Below, one piece after another: positions 30,881 to 44,467 of a stretch of 64,000 nt of DNA (position 1 is the first letter of the stretch; every line of letters begins with the position of its first letter). The position numbers and the translations under genes were made by a program. The notes under the pieces are model-generated. The model saw only the letters and a program-made list of their open reading frames with translations. It made no database searches and had not been told where the DNA came from. This DNA is from the human T2T-CHM13v2.0 reference genome, Homo sapiens. Location of the stretch: assembly GCF_009914755.1 (NCBI RefSeq), contig NC_060932.1. The stretch is one strand, 5' to 3'.

Positions 30881-31039
30881 CCCCACAGTGTAAAAATTCA
30901 AGTGATATGACAGATTGGACAGAGAGCTGGCATCCCTCCCCCAACTCTGGCTTCTAGTCTTCCTCGCTAAAGGGAGTTTCCAGAGTTTCTGTGGCTGTAA
31001 TAGCATATGTGTATATGTTCTCTCTTGGGAGGCCATGTA

Positions 31040-31280
31040 GCTCCAAAGATTAAAATGTGGACTTAGGTGTCAGAATGCCCTGGTGATGCCCTGGTGTTGA
31101 TCCCAGCTCCATGGCTGACTAGCTGTGTGAACATAGGCAATATACTTAGCCTCTGTACTGTAGGTCTCCATATGTAAAATGGAGATGACAATAGTACCTA
31201 CCTTTCTGGGTTCCCATGAAGATGAAATGTGATCATATACTTGGTGCTTTAATCAGTTTCTCGTACATAATAAGTGAACA
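31040..31280 (+). mobile_element. MIR
   Basis: ATCCCAGCTCC...CTAGCTGTGTGA...TGTAAAATGGAGATGACAATAGTACCTACC. Confidence 0.75.
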
Positions 31281-31439
31281 CTCATATAGGGGCTGTTACA
31301 ATTCTACTTGTATCAATTTAATAATATGGAATGTTTATTTATTTAAAAATAACAACATTGATTTTATGCACCTACCTCATCTTTATGGTCCCCTTGGCTC
31401 TGTTGCTTAGAAGTGATCAGTTCTCATCACAGAGGAAAC

Positions 31440-31620
31440 AGATGGGTTGTGGAGTTAGAAGACCTGGATTTGAATTAGGTTCTAATTTGAATTAGTATTT
31501 GAATTAATCATTCAAACTCCCTGAGTCTGTGTTTCTCAATTTATAAAACAGAGAAAATAATATTATCTCCCGGAGTTGTGATGAGGATCAAACAACACCA
31601 TGTAGGTGGAAATGTGTCAT
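31440..31620 (+). mobile_element. MIR
   Basis: GGAGTTAGAAGACCTGGATTTGAAT; GTTGTGATGAGGATCAAA. Confidence 0.65.
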
Positions 31621-31733
31621 AACTATTAAATTGCTATTCCATATTAAATCTGAGAACCACGTTGGGAAGCATTTTAGAGGTCATTTGGTCCAACTGGTTA
31701 CAGGGCGGAGGCAATAGAATGGGCTTCTTGCAA

Positions 31734-32189
31734 TGAAACTGACCCAGTGGTCCCATAGACAGTTTTGTTTTTTGTTTTTTGTTTTTTGTTTTTAAATAAA
31801 CATAGAAATTAACCCTCTGGTCTTAAAGCTTGCTGCTTACATTGGTTTTATCTGAGTTCCTTCACTCAGCAAAGGACCCCTAGGCCTCTCAAAAAATGTC
31901 ACAGAACTGAAACTCACAAGATTGTCAACAAGACGCCAGGCCCCTCATTCATCATGATTGCTTCCTTACCCCACTGAGTACCTGTTTTCCCATATCTGGT
32001 TACATTTCTTTCCTGCTGTATAAAACCCCAGTTTCAGTGGATCAAGGAGATGGATTTGAGACTGATCTCCCATCTCCTCACCTGTAGCACCCGATTAAAA
32101 CCTTCCTTGGCAATAATCATTGTCTCCGTGATTGGCTTCCGTGCAGTGAGCAGCAGGACCTAGACCAACCCCCTGGTGTTTCGCTAAGA
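31734..32189 (+). mobile_element. ERV solo LTR (LTR47/LTR26-like)
   Basis: TGAAACTGACCCA...GTCCCATAGA start; ATTAAA signal; GGACCTAGACC...CCCCTGG end; homologous to 43656-44467. Confidence 0.8.
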
Positions 32190-33487
32190 GCAGCACCTGC
32201 ACTACACAGAGGCAGGTTGCCAATAGTCATCTGTACAGATGACTCAATAATTCACATTGAATTGGTTATTTTCTGTCTCCCTCACTGCCACCTCTCCAGG
32301 CCAGGCCAAGCAAACACCCATCCACATGAGAAGTACTGGAATGACCTCTTAAATGATCTTCCTTTTTTAAATTTTGTCCTTTAATCAGCCCATTCTCCAA
32401 GCAACTGTCAGTCATCTTTTAGACAAAACAAAACAAAAGGTCTGATGCTGTGTGACTTCTCTGCTTTCAAACATCTAATGGACTTCCATTTTCAATAATA
32501 TGGTGGGATAGGCTTCAGACGAACCCTCCATTGTACGATACATACTCAGAATCTTTAAGGTATCAATGACTTGGCAGGATAATAAAGAGTTGTCTGATAG
32601 GTTCAAATCCAAGTAAAACTGGGAAGCCAGAAAGGTAAACCGAGGATAGGAGCCACTTTTTTTGCTGAGGAGATTTGCCATAACTGGTGAACTCTGTAAT
32701 GCACAGTATTGTCCAGGAGTGATATTCAAAATGACATCAACAAAGTCAAGCCTAGACCAATCTGGCCTCTAGACTGAAAATAGGTTAAGGGGAAAATGTG
32801 GTTGATGGTTGGTGTTCCCTAAACTCGAAGTTTGTGTTTATTACCATTGCACTCTTCATACCTGACTCTCAGAGATTTCCCTAAACCCTTGGCTCTATGC
32901 CTACCACTTAAGGAGATTTCTTCTAAACAGGTGAGAGAGGTACATTAGAGAGAATTACAGAGTCTTTACCTTCTAAATGTTTTTTAATTCCCTGGCTTTC
33001 TTTTCCCTTCCATGGTTTCTGAGTCATTTCTCTGTTGTTAGGCAAGGTGCCCAACACTTCATAGCTTGTAATTCCTCTTCACTTTTCAGGAAGTGACTAG
33101 ACTTTTCAAATCCAGTCTTAGGGCACAGCCTTCTGCTGGCAGAGCTCCCTCACCGGGGCTTTGGAGCTGCACGGAGGCAGAGATGCAGGATATCCAGGTA
33201 GACAGCACCTTGTTGACTGAAGGGCTCCTTCAGAGGACTGGGGAGTATCCGTGTTTCAGTATCTCTGCACCCTAGCTTAATAGAGAGTGTGGACAAAGTG
33301 GACGGACAAAAATCCAAGAAGGAAACAGTGAAGATCTGAGAAGCAAAATGGTGCAGTGTAGACATTAAGAATCTCTTTTTAGGATAAAAGAGATCTAAGA
33401 CTAAATCCTGGCTCTGCCACTTTAAAATGGTGTGATCTTTGCCAAATTATTTAAGCCTCAATTCTTCCATCTGTAAACTAGCAATAC

Positions 33488-33577
33488 TATGAGGTTGAAC
33501 CATAGGAAATGGCTTTTATGTAATTATTTTCAAATTATTGTGAAATATTTTCAACTTCATATGGGCACAACCTGATA
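33488..33577. mobile_element. MADE2-like mariner MITE within a MIR
   Basis: AGGTTGAACCATAGGAAAT ... TTCATATGGGCACAACCT inverted termini. Confidence 0.6.
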
Positions 33578-33640
33578 AGTTGGTACCTACCTCATACGGT
33601 TGCTGAGAATGAAAGATCATTTATTAAAAAGGGCATAGCA

Positions 33641-33760
33641 GGCCAGGAGTGGTGGCATGCATCTGTAGTCTCAGCTACTCAGGAGGCTGAGGTGGGAGGA
33701 TTGTTTGAGCCCAGGAATTCAAGGTCAGCCTGAGTAACATAGAGATATCCTATCTCTGAA
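33641..33760 (+). mobile_element. FLAM-type Alu monomer
   Basis: Single about 120-bp monomer. Confidence 0.8.
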
Positions 33761-33799
33761 TAGAGACTGAGAGAGGAAAACAAAGGGCCTAGGACAATG

Positions 33800-34147
<348 letters not shown>

Positions 34148-34270
34148 TGAGTGCAAAGTCTCCAAGGCCAAGGCAGCATGCTTGACAGTGTTCCAGGGAC
34201 AGCAAGGAGACCATTGTGGCTGGACCTGTGAGGGAGTGGGCAGGGCTAGACCACACAGGGCCATGTGGGC

Positions 34271-34272
<2 letters not shown>

Positions 34273-34304
<32 letters not shown>
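34273..34304. repeat. (TG)n microsatellite
   Basis: Visible run. Confidence 0.95.
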
Positions 34305-34306
<2 letters not shown>

Positions 34307-34659
34307 CTCAATGATGAAAACCAGAGCTAGTGTTTATTGTGAAGGATATTCTGAACACTTATGCAGCACAAAGTAAGTGCTCAATAAACAGAAGTTCAAG
34401 AAGCTGAGGATGTAGATGGTATGTAGGTGAATGAAACAGAGAGAAGAACAAGCAGTGACTCTACATAACGCTTTGAGCTAGGCAGCACAAAGTGGGACTT
34501 GCTAGGGGAGGAGCTGCGTATTGTGCTCCCAGATGCTGTAAAGAAGGACCCTTGGTCCAGGGGCCAGGATAAAGGGCTGTCTCATGGTGCTTGGCTCATC
34601 ACGCACTGGGGGCAGGCCAGGAGGTTATTCATGGGTGATTAAAGCTGGTAAATTTAGCA

Positions 34660-34870
34660 TGTTTAGCTATTAGGCACACAGACTCTCGACTCAGCTCTAC
34701 CAGTTACTACTTCTGTGACACTGGGCAGGCTACTTAACCACTCTGAGACTTAGTTTCCACTTTTGTAAAACAAGAGTAATGATGATACTTCCCCCTTCTG
34801 GAGCTGCATGAGGATTAAATGAGATAACTCGAGTAGAGCTCATCGTAAGCAGTCAGTAATTGTTATTATT
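34660..34870 (+). mobile_element. MIR
   Basis: CTGTGACACTGGGCAGGCTACTTAACC...TGAGGATTAAATGAGATAA. Confidence 0.75.
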
Positions 34871-36454
34871 CCTGGATGCCTCCAGCCCATTAACTACTAC
34901 TTATATTCAGGCACTTGTGTGAGGACCAAAGGCTACGTCAGAAGAAACCTGACAAGCATCTCCAGGGCCCAGGAAAGCCTGGATAGGAAACTGCAGGCCT
35001 TCAGGACAGGCTTCAAGTCAAGCACTGGGATTAGGGGAGAGAAAGGAGTTGTGAGAAGTGCTTGGAGAGAAATGTAGACTTTATTGCAAGCTGAGATTTG
35101 ATTTTTTGGACCATGAGTTAATGAGGAAGAGCAAGCAGATCTCCCCTGGCTTGAGGGAGAATGTAAGGGGAAGGGGGTGGTATGTGCAGAAACATCCTGT
35201 GCGCCATGCCCTGTGTATGCCCCTCATTTAAACCTGGCTAAGTGTCTTCTCTTCTACATAAGGAAACTCAGGCAAAGAGGCAGAGCCAGAAGTTGGAATT
35301 GACTGGAATAATAATTACAGCCTAATATTTATGTGAATAACAAGGAGATCTCAGATATGACCCCTATGCGTTAAGATTCTGTTGGTTGCAAGAAGCAAAA
35401 ATTAATTGGAGCCAGCTTAAGAAAAAAGAAAAAAAATAAAGAAAATAATAATAATAATATTTGGGGGAGGATCCCAGGAAGAGCAGATCCACCAAATTTC
35501 AGAAGGAATAGAAATGATGGAGAGAAACTGATGGGCCCAGCTGTGTCGAGGGACAGGACCTAAAGGACCAACATGGCTGCTAGGCACTGCGTGCCTTGGA
35601 GCTGCTTCCAGAAGATGGGAATTGCTGGACCTGTGCGACATCCCCAGAGCAGTCTGAGACACAGTGGGTTTCTGCAAGATTCCAGAATGGGACTAGGCAA
35701 TAAGAGAATAACTCTTAATTTTCTATTAAAAATAAATTCAATCACTTTTGAGTTTTAGTGAGTTTTATTATATAAATTTATTAAGTGCCATTGAATAAAA
35801 CACAGACCACCCAGATGACATTGTTGAGGGTTCACCTATGGGTCTAGGGGATTATCTGGAGAGTACAGGTGGTAATGTATGAGGGTACTGCTCTGGTGAC
35901 ACTACCTGGAGGTTGGGGGACAGTGGCGCAGTGTCTGGGGACATAATCTGAAAATGTACTTTCTGAATTATGAAGGCATTATGGAAGTCACATGACAGGA
36001 ATTTAGAAAGAGGAGAAAAATGTCAGCCATAATTCCATCATTCTTGTCACTTCAGTTGCCATCACAGTGTTTGTGTAATTGTTTAACCTGCTTTTTTCCC
36101 GTTGGCATGAGCATTTGTATGCTGCTCATAGTCTTCACAACCATGACCTTTAATAGCAACACAACACGAATGCACTTTGTATAAAATCAGCAGACTTGGC
36201 ATGGGGAGGGCAAAGTTGACATTTTTGTCAAGAAAACACTAACGTGAATGAAAAGTCCTAAACCTGATGCCATCTGCCAACCGACCTGATTTTTAAGTTA
36301 TCACCTGTTCCTGAATTCTTCATGGCCATGTTCTTCCTGCCCGTCCTACTGTGATCTGTGTCCAGATCTGTTGCTTCAAGGTGGGAGTGTGCAAGGCATA
36401 GAAGGTAAAGCTGGAATGAGATAGAGTCCCTGCAAATTGTCTGGATGTCTAGAT

Positions 36455-36670
36455 CGGTTCTCCACTAGAGGCACCCCCCACTGAGTGAACATTTGGCAAT
36501 GTCAGGAGATATTTATGGTTATTACAACTTGGGGTGGGAGAGGGGTGTTGCTGGCATCTAGCGGGCAAAGGCCAGAGATGCTGCTAAACTTCCTACAGTG
36601 CACAGGACACCCCCACAACCAAGAACTATCCCATCCAAAACATCAGTAGTGTCAAGATTGAGACACCCTG
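36455..36670 (+). mobile_element. MER20
   Basis: ACATTTGGCAATGTC, GGCATCTAGCGGG..GGCCAGAGATGCTGCTAAAC, GAGACACCCTG. Confidence 0.85.
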
Positions 36671-36710
36671 ATCTAGACTGGAATGGAATTTCATTTAAAA
36701 TGTTAATGGC

Positions 36711-37022
<312 letters not shown>

Positions 37023-37031
37023 AAAATGCTA

Positions 37032-37385
<354 letters not shown>

Positions 37386-37989
37386 TCATTTGGGAAGAAT
37401 TCTGATTTTTATTTTTTATTTTTTTGCTAAGGATGATGAGAATGAATTATAATAGGTTTGCAAGGGACTTGAAATATAGCACGAGGCAAAATAATGCAGA
37501 GGTTAAACATAAAGACTTTGGAGTTTGAAATAATTTAATAGTTGAAATCCTGGACCACTGAGTAAGCTTTCTAAGGCCTGCAAAATGGGATGATAATGCC
37601 TGCTTCCTAGTGCCACTGCAGGGACCAAATGAGGTCATGCATGTGAAGCACCCAGCACACTGCCTGGTGGGGAGTGAGTGTGCCATAAACGGTGGCAGGG
37701 GGGATTATTGTGACAAAGCTCAGGTTCACAGAGTTTATCACTTCCCTAGCCTCTAAATTGCAGTTGCATTTGGTAAATTCTTATTTCAGGAAAAATAGGT
37801 TTTAACTGATTTTTGTGATCTGGGCTTTTGAGATCTAGGCAATGTAGAACAGATATCTGACCTACATAAATTTTATAGTATGAACTTTTTGGGTGTGAGT
37901 CGTCTAACTGAAATATCTAATATATTTTTCTGGTGATCTTTCTTTTAAATAACTTATTGTGCATTCTCAATTAAGAATTCCTGGGTTTT

Positions 37990-38302
<313 letters not shown>

Positions 38303-39710
38303 ATTCCTGGGTTTTCGTTTGTTTGTTTGTTTGTTTGTTTTTAACATTCTTCATTGACTATTTTGTATCTACTGAGAATTTAAGAGTGGGCCAAGCTAAG
38401 GTAAAGATTGCCAGGTATCTAGACAAAATTATTGTCCACAGACTCAATTAGAATCTTCAGTGCAGTGTAAAGAGATCTTTTATCCCCATCCTGAGCTAAG
38501 TGTCTGGTTATCAAAAAGCAGGAGGAGGGCTCAGTGTAGCCTGAAGGTTTGCAATCACTTTATGTTCTACAGCTTGTTCTTGTGTGTCTGAGAACCCATG
38601 AGGGGCATTGAACATCCCTTGTAAAAAGCATCCTGGGCTTCCTGGGGAAGGCACAGTCCTGAGTCCCAGTAGAAGGAAAGGGCACACCCAGGAGAGCCTG
38701 GTGCAGGGGCCGTTGCTGGAGGCTGAAATGGGTGCATTGAACAGGCAAGGGTGGAGAGGGTAGGGTGGGGCATGCAGGAATTCTGGCCTCCAAAGAAGAA
38801 AGAGGAGAAAGGAGATCCACGGGGTAAGAGCTGCTCCTGACGCAGGGCAAACACTGGTCCTGGAGAAGGAAGACGCAGCCAAAGAGCACGGGAGTGCAGA
38901 AGTGGGGGCTTGGGGATTAAGCCTGTTTTTGCCTTTGGAAAGCTGACTCATAGCCGAATATTCACAGCCCTTCCAAGCCGGCATGTTCCTCCTTTCGCTC
39001 CTCCTCTCATCCACCCTCAGTATTGTCATGAGGCTCCGTGCTGTTTTTATGAGTTCCTGGGTGCTTTGGATCCCCTGGAGTCCTGGCTGGGAAAGACCAC
39101 TTCTTTCTTCTTCAGCTGGCCTGTGCTTTGGGGCCCACTGCAGCCCCTGGAGGAGGGCAGAGGAGCTCCCATGTGTCATCTTCATTCATGGCTTTGATCT
39201 ATCACATTTCTTTGTCTTTTTGTGAGCCATTTCTGTTCTCCCCAGAACTTTAAGTGAGCTGGAAAGATAACAGATATGCAATAATTGGTTTGGGTTCTAT
39301 AAATAGTGTAGAAGAAGAAAAGGGAGAGGGTTATAATAAAAAAACAATGTGTGGGAACGTAGCTATTGAAAAAGTGTGAAAATCGGGGGTTGAGAGAAGG
39401 GACCAAAGTGAAGCAAACAGTGGAAGAAAGACAATGTGTCTGCAATTCAGCCTTGGTGGAATGAGGCGAAGTCGAAACCAGCAGGCCTTGGAACATGCTC
39501 CTGAGATGAGGAGGAAGCACTGAGGGAGCCTGGCCAGAGGATCCTGGAAGTTTTGCATTAGCCTGGGGCCACCTAAGCTGTAAAACTACAGATCATATAG
39601 GATGTTTGGGGAGCATTATAGCATCTTTCAGGAATTCCCAAAAGTTTTTGGAAGATTTGTGTGTATTGGCAATTTGTGGTTTTTCTAGGATGAGGGTACA
39701 GAACCACCCG

Positions 39711-40113
39711 TGTTAGTCCATTTGTGCTGCTGTAACAAAATACCCAAGACTGGGTATTTTATGAAGAACAGAAATTTACTTCTCACAATTCTGGAGGCTG
39801 GGAAGTCCAAGGTCAAAGGAGCAGCATTTTCCTCTCTGGTAAGGGCCGCTCTCTGCTTCTGAGATGGTCCCTTGTTGCTACACCCTCTGGAGGGGAGGAA
39901 AGCAGTGTCCTTGCCGAAGGAGGAAGGGCAAGCAAAGCGGGCTGAATGCTGTGCAGCGTGAAGCCTCTTTTATAAGGGCCTTAATCCCGTTCATGAGGAG
40001 TGGAGCCCTCATGACCTAATCACCTCTTAAAGACCCCACCTTCTTAATACCATCACATTGGCCATTAAGTTTCAACATCTGAGTTGTGGAGGTGACATAT
40101 TCAAACCAAAGCA
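39711..40113 (-). mobile_element. MST-type MaLR solo LTR
   Basis: TTAGTCCATTTGTGCTGCTGTAACAAAATACC ... ATTCAAACCAAAGCA; CCACC on both flanks. Confidence 0.88.
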
Positions 40114-41171
40114 CCACCCAAGTGGCAGGTGTATGCAGAAGCCTGGATCATGAGAGGAGCTGGACTTCTAGATTGGGAGAGTGGTCAGCATGGAGGTGGT
40201 GGGGCAGGCCCTGTGTGGGTGGATGGTTCTGGTTGGGTCTGGACTGAGAACAGAGACTCAGATAGCCCCTGGTAAACAAATAAGAGGCCCCAAGTGAAAG
40301 GGGATCCAGAAAGAGCTGGAAAGCTGAAAGGGAAAAACCTGGGAAAGAGTGTTATACAGCAACCAAGAGAAATGGGAGTTTCATAAACAGAGAGCGAATA
40401 ACAGGTCAGATCATGTAAGAAAAGACCTACAGGGTCTTTTCAGATGTCAGTAACAGTATGGTCAGTGGCGTCTGTGGTGGGAACTGTTTCCCTGCAATGA
40501 TGTGGTTGGAAACCAGGTGGGGATATGAAGGGAAATGCCAGGAGAAGGAAGGATTGAGAGCTAGTCCCAACTGCTCTTTGAGAAGGTCAGCTTGGAAAAG
40601 GAAACCTACAACACTTACTGGGAGTTGGATGCAGGATCAAAGAGTTATTTTTCCTTGTCTTGTTTTTTTTTTTTTTTTTTTTTTTAAATAACCCAGTCTT
40701 AGCATGGATACAGGCTGATGGAAAGAAGCCAGGACAGGCCAGGGGAGAAGGGTGCAGGAAAGAGAGTGGAGCAAAGACTCCGGAGCAGGCCATATGGAAT
40801 GGGATGGAATGCAGAGCCCACGGTGCAGCTTTGTGCATCGGCACAGAGGATGACAGTTGAGGTAATTCATGCCTGGTAAGCTCTCCTTTCTCTGTGAAGT
40901 AGGAAGTGTGCTCACTCACTGAAGGGACTGGGCCAGGGAAAGGGTGAATTGCCCAGGGAATTGGGGCAGAGTCTACAGGACTAAGCAAGCAGTTGCTACT
41001 GGAAACCATATGTTGCTGGCAGCTCTGGTATCTTGCCTGGGGGTTTTCTTCAGCAATGAGACTACCATGGATGCCCCATTCTACCAGCCAGGCTCCTCCT
41101 CCCCAGCCTCCCAGGGCCCAGCCCCTGCCTATCTACCCACTGCCCCTTCAAGAAAGTGTACCAGGCTGGGC

Positions 41172-41175
<4 letters not shown>

Positions 41176-41232
<57 letters not shown>
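41176..41232. repeat. (TG)n microsatellite, about 28 units
   Basis: Long pure run. Confidence 0.97.
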
Positions 41233-41234
<2 letters not shown>

Positions 41235-42049
41235 AAAGCCCTGTCAACACCCCATTGCCTGAAATTAGTCCAGCCTCATTTGAAAGTTCTCATTATGTTG
41301 ACCCAAAACCCACTTCCCAGACAGTCTGTGTTTTGGAGTCCTGATAACTTCCACAAAGCTGTTCTAATTCTACCTTCCAAAGTCAGACCAATCTAGGTTT
41401 GAATCCTATTTCTTCCCCTCATTAGCTCTCTATCCTTGGGCAGAGTTTTACATAACTGTTTTCCAGTTTCCTCAACTGTAAAATCTTATAGTGTGAGATC
41501 AATGCACGATCACCATAATAACAAAAAAATAGAGACGATGCCTAATGTTAATCTTATTAAGGTTAACAATAATTATAATCACAGTTCTGCAAATATTTTA
41601 TGTCACTGATGTTGCCATGAAACTCTTTTTTCTAGTTTAAAAGTCTTCACTTCTTTTGACATTTTCTGCTGGGGAAGGTTTCAAACAGCAGCTCTGTTGG
41701 AGGGAAGTGGGTCCCCCGTCTCTGGAGGAATTCAAACAGAAAATGGAAGGTCACTCGGCAGGGATGGGACTTGAACTTGTGATTGAGGCTCCAGCTGGAA
41801 AATCCTAGGGGCCGTTTCCAGCCCTATGTCCTTCCAACCTTCTGACTTAAAAACAAGGTCAGAAAATGAAGTGTGTACTAAATGCTACCCAGTATCATAA
41901 TAGTTACCATTGTTGAGGCCAGGTTTCAATAGAAATGTCTATCTTCTAAACTCTAAAATTAATGGAGAGTGGTCTTATTAATCTACAAAACCTCAACAGC
42001 ATCATGCTTGATTCCTAGAACTGTAAAGGTATGTAAAGTGTTACTTTTC

Positions 42050-42310
42050 TGGATAAAAATAATAGCAACACTTGTATAGTACTTATCCTTTCAGTTCTGC
42101 ATATTTCACTTGTATTAGTTTCCTTAGTCTTCATGAAAACCCATGAGGAAGGTACAGCTGTTATCCTCATTTTATAGAGGGGGAAACTGAGGCTCAAGAG
42201 GATACATGACATGCTTTAGGCCACCGTGCTGGGGAGTGCCAGAGCAGAGCTTGAACCCAAGCAATCTGGCTTCAGAATCCTTTCTTGACCGCTAAGCTAT
42301 ACTGCCTCTC
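42050..42310 (-). mobile_element. MIR
   Basis: CCTCATTTTATAGAGGGGGAAACTGAGGCTCA; TTGAACCCAAGCAATCTGGCTTCAGA. Confidence 0.8.
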
Positions 42311-43035
42311 TGGTGGGGATGGAAATTGCAAACACTTCATTTTGAGTTTTTGTTCCTTTTGCCAGAAGAGCTCACGCCACTTAAACCAGAAATGAGTTCA
42401 TTTTCTAGCTACAGTCTTTGAAACCACTTTATTCAGCCCTCATATCACGGATGAGGATGCTGAGACCGGCTGAGTTTGGGCCTTGCCTGGAACCCAGGTC
42501 TTTGGTTCTGCATAGTAGCTTCTCCACCCACCATGCTGTTGATCTTTGTCACTTCACTTCAAGGGAGTTGAATCCGTCCCCGACTTGGGCATTGAGCCTC
42601 CTTCTCTGACCTTGCTGGGTGCTGGCACAGAGGGTCAAGGGAACAGTTTCCCCATCTCAGAGACTGGTGTTTCTGGGCCACAGTCAATAGGCCTCATCTG
42701 AGCCTTTCCAGAGGAGTGAACTCAGTCCTGTTAGTCAATAGAGGCCCCTCTAACTGGGCACCTTAATTCAAACAGGCCCTTCCAGGCCTGTTTGACACTG
42801 GGTGGCTCTTTGCTGATCTGCCCCCAGCTTTATCTGTTTGTGCTGAAACCAAATAAACAATCTCACCACTCGGGAAGGGTTAGGAGTAAATTGGGAAATC
42901 ACTATCAGAGGCACAACTTGATTGGGAACAACTCCAGATGAGTAATTATGACTTCAAGGGGAATTCTCTGAGTTGCTGCAGCTTTGGAAGAGGGACTCTT
43001 CACGTGTAAATTGGGCCATCTCACAGCTTTGAGCC

Positions 43036-43126
43036 TAATAATTTAATTAGCTCCATAGATAGTTAGACGTTATCAAAGCCAATGCAGCATGTCAAATAGA
43101 CAGTTTTACGATCGCCGTGCGGGCGC
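43036..43126. promoter_or_regulatory. Candidate developmental enhancer core
   Basis: P3 homeodomain dimer site TAATTTAATTA 43039-49, TCF/LEF ATCAAAG 43072-78, MEIS TGTCA 43090-94, HOX13-type TTTTACGA 43104-11, retained CpGs. Confidence 0.45.
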
Positions 43127-43655
43127 CTTCATGATCCGTGTTTGTGAATACCAGACATCCCGAGCTGTCTGCAGAGGCTGCAGTGCTGATCAGGGCTCCC
43201 CAGGGCTGCACCAGGAACCCTCTTAGCATCTCACCAGGTACCTGTTTTCCATCTGATCTGAACTGGGAAAACTCTGCAGTTCAGCTCTCAAATTTTAAAA
43301 ATTAGTTTTATTCATTTGACCGTTTTTGGAACATTTTAAACATACACAAATGTAGAGAGAAGGGTCATGAAGCCCCGTGGACTCCAACATCCAGCTTCAA
43401 TCGTTGTCCACATTTTTTTCCCACTGTTTTTTGTTTCCTCTGGCCTTCCCTGCCCCCCAAAACAATTCTATTTAATTGCTTGTTGGTTTTTGCTGGAGTA
43501 TTTTAAAGTGAATTCCTGAAGACATATCATATCATCCATAAATACTTCAGGATTGATCTCTAACCAACAAGTCCTTTAATAAAAACATAACATGCCAGGT
43601 GTGGTAGCTCATGCCTGTAATCCCAGCACTTTAGGAGGCCAAGGTGGGAGGATCA

Positions 43656-44467
43656 TGAAACCAGCTCAATGGTCCCATAGAACTGATGTTTATGGTTTCT
43701 TTAAATAAACACAGAAATTAATCCTCCCAGTCTTTTTTTTTTTTTTTTTTTTTTGAGACAGGGTTTCTCTCTGTCATCCAGGCTGGAGTGCAGTGGCACA
43801 AATGTGGCTCACTGCAGCCTTGATCTCCCAGGCTCAAGGGATCCTCCCACCTCAGCCTCCCAAGTAGCTGGGACTGCAGGCACTCACCACCATGCCCAGC
43901 TACTTTTTGTAATTTTTTGTGGACACAGGGTTTCACCGTGTTGCCCAGGCTGGTCTCAAACTCCTGCGTTCAAGCAATCCACCTGCCTCAGCCTCCCACA
44001 GTGCTGAGATTACAGGCCTGAGCCACCACGCCTGGCTGGCCCCTCCCAGTCTTAAAACTTGAGAAAGTTACATTTGTCTTATCTGAGTTTCTTTCTCAAA
44101 AAACCAACCATCAAGCCTCCCAGATGGTACCAAGGAGCTGAAATTTACCAGATCACTGCATCCTGACAATAAGACATCAGACCCTTCACCGGTCATGATT
44201 ACCTAACTGACCACCTGCTTCCTGTTAAACACCTTATCTTCCTTACCCCTCCCTAATTCCTGTTTTCCCACACATGGTTAAATTTCTTTCCTGCTATATC
44301 AACCCTTAATTTTAGTCAGGGAGATGGGCTTGAGACTGGCCTCCCATGTCCTTGGTGGCAGCACCTGATTAAAGCCTTCTTCCCTGGCAGTACTCATTGT
44401 CTCAGTGATTGGCTTTCTGTGCAGCAAGTGGCAGGACCTAGACCAAACCCCTGGCATTTTGGTAACA
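43656..44467 (+). mobile_element. ERV solo LTR (LTR47/LTR26-like) containing an AluJ
   Basis: TG...CA termini (TGAAACC...GTAACA); 4-bp TSD ATCA. Confidence 0.85.
43735..44040 (-). mobile_element. AluJ-type inside the LTR
   Basis: TSD CCTCCCAGTCTT at 43723-34 and 44042-53. Confidence 0.94.

Noticed and set aside
32475-32729. 84-aa minus-strand ORF in non-Alu sequence
   Set aside because: No recognisable homology in the frames examined and no splice support; possibly an old L1 relic
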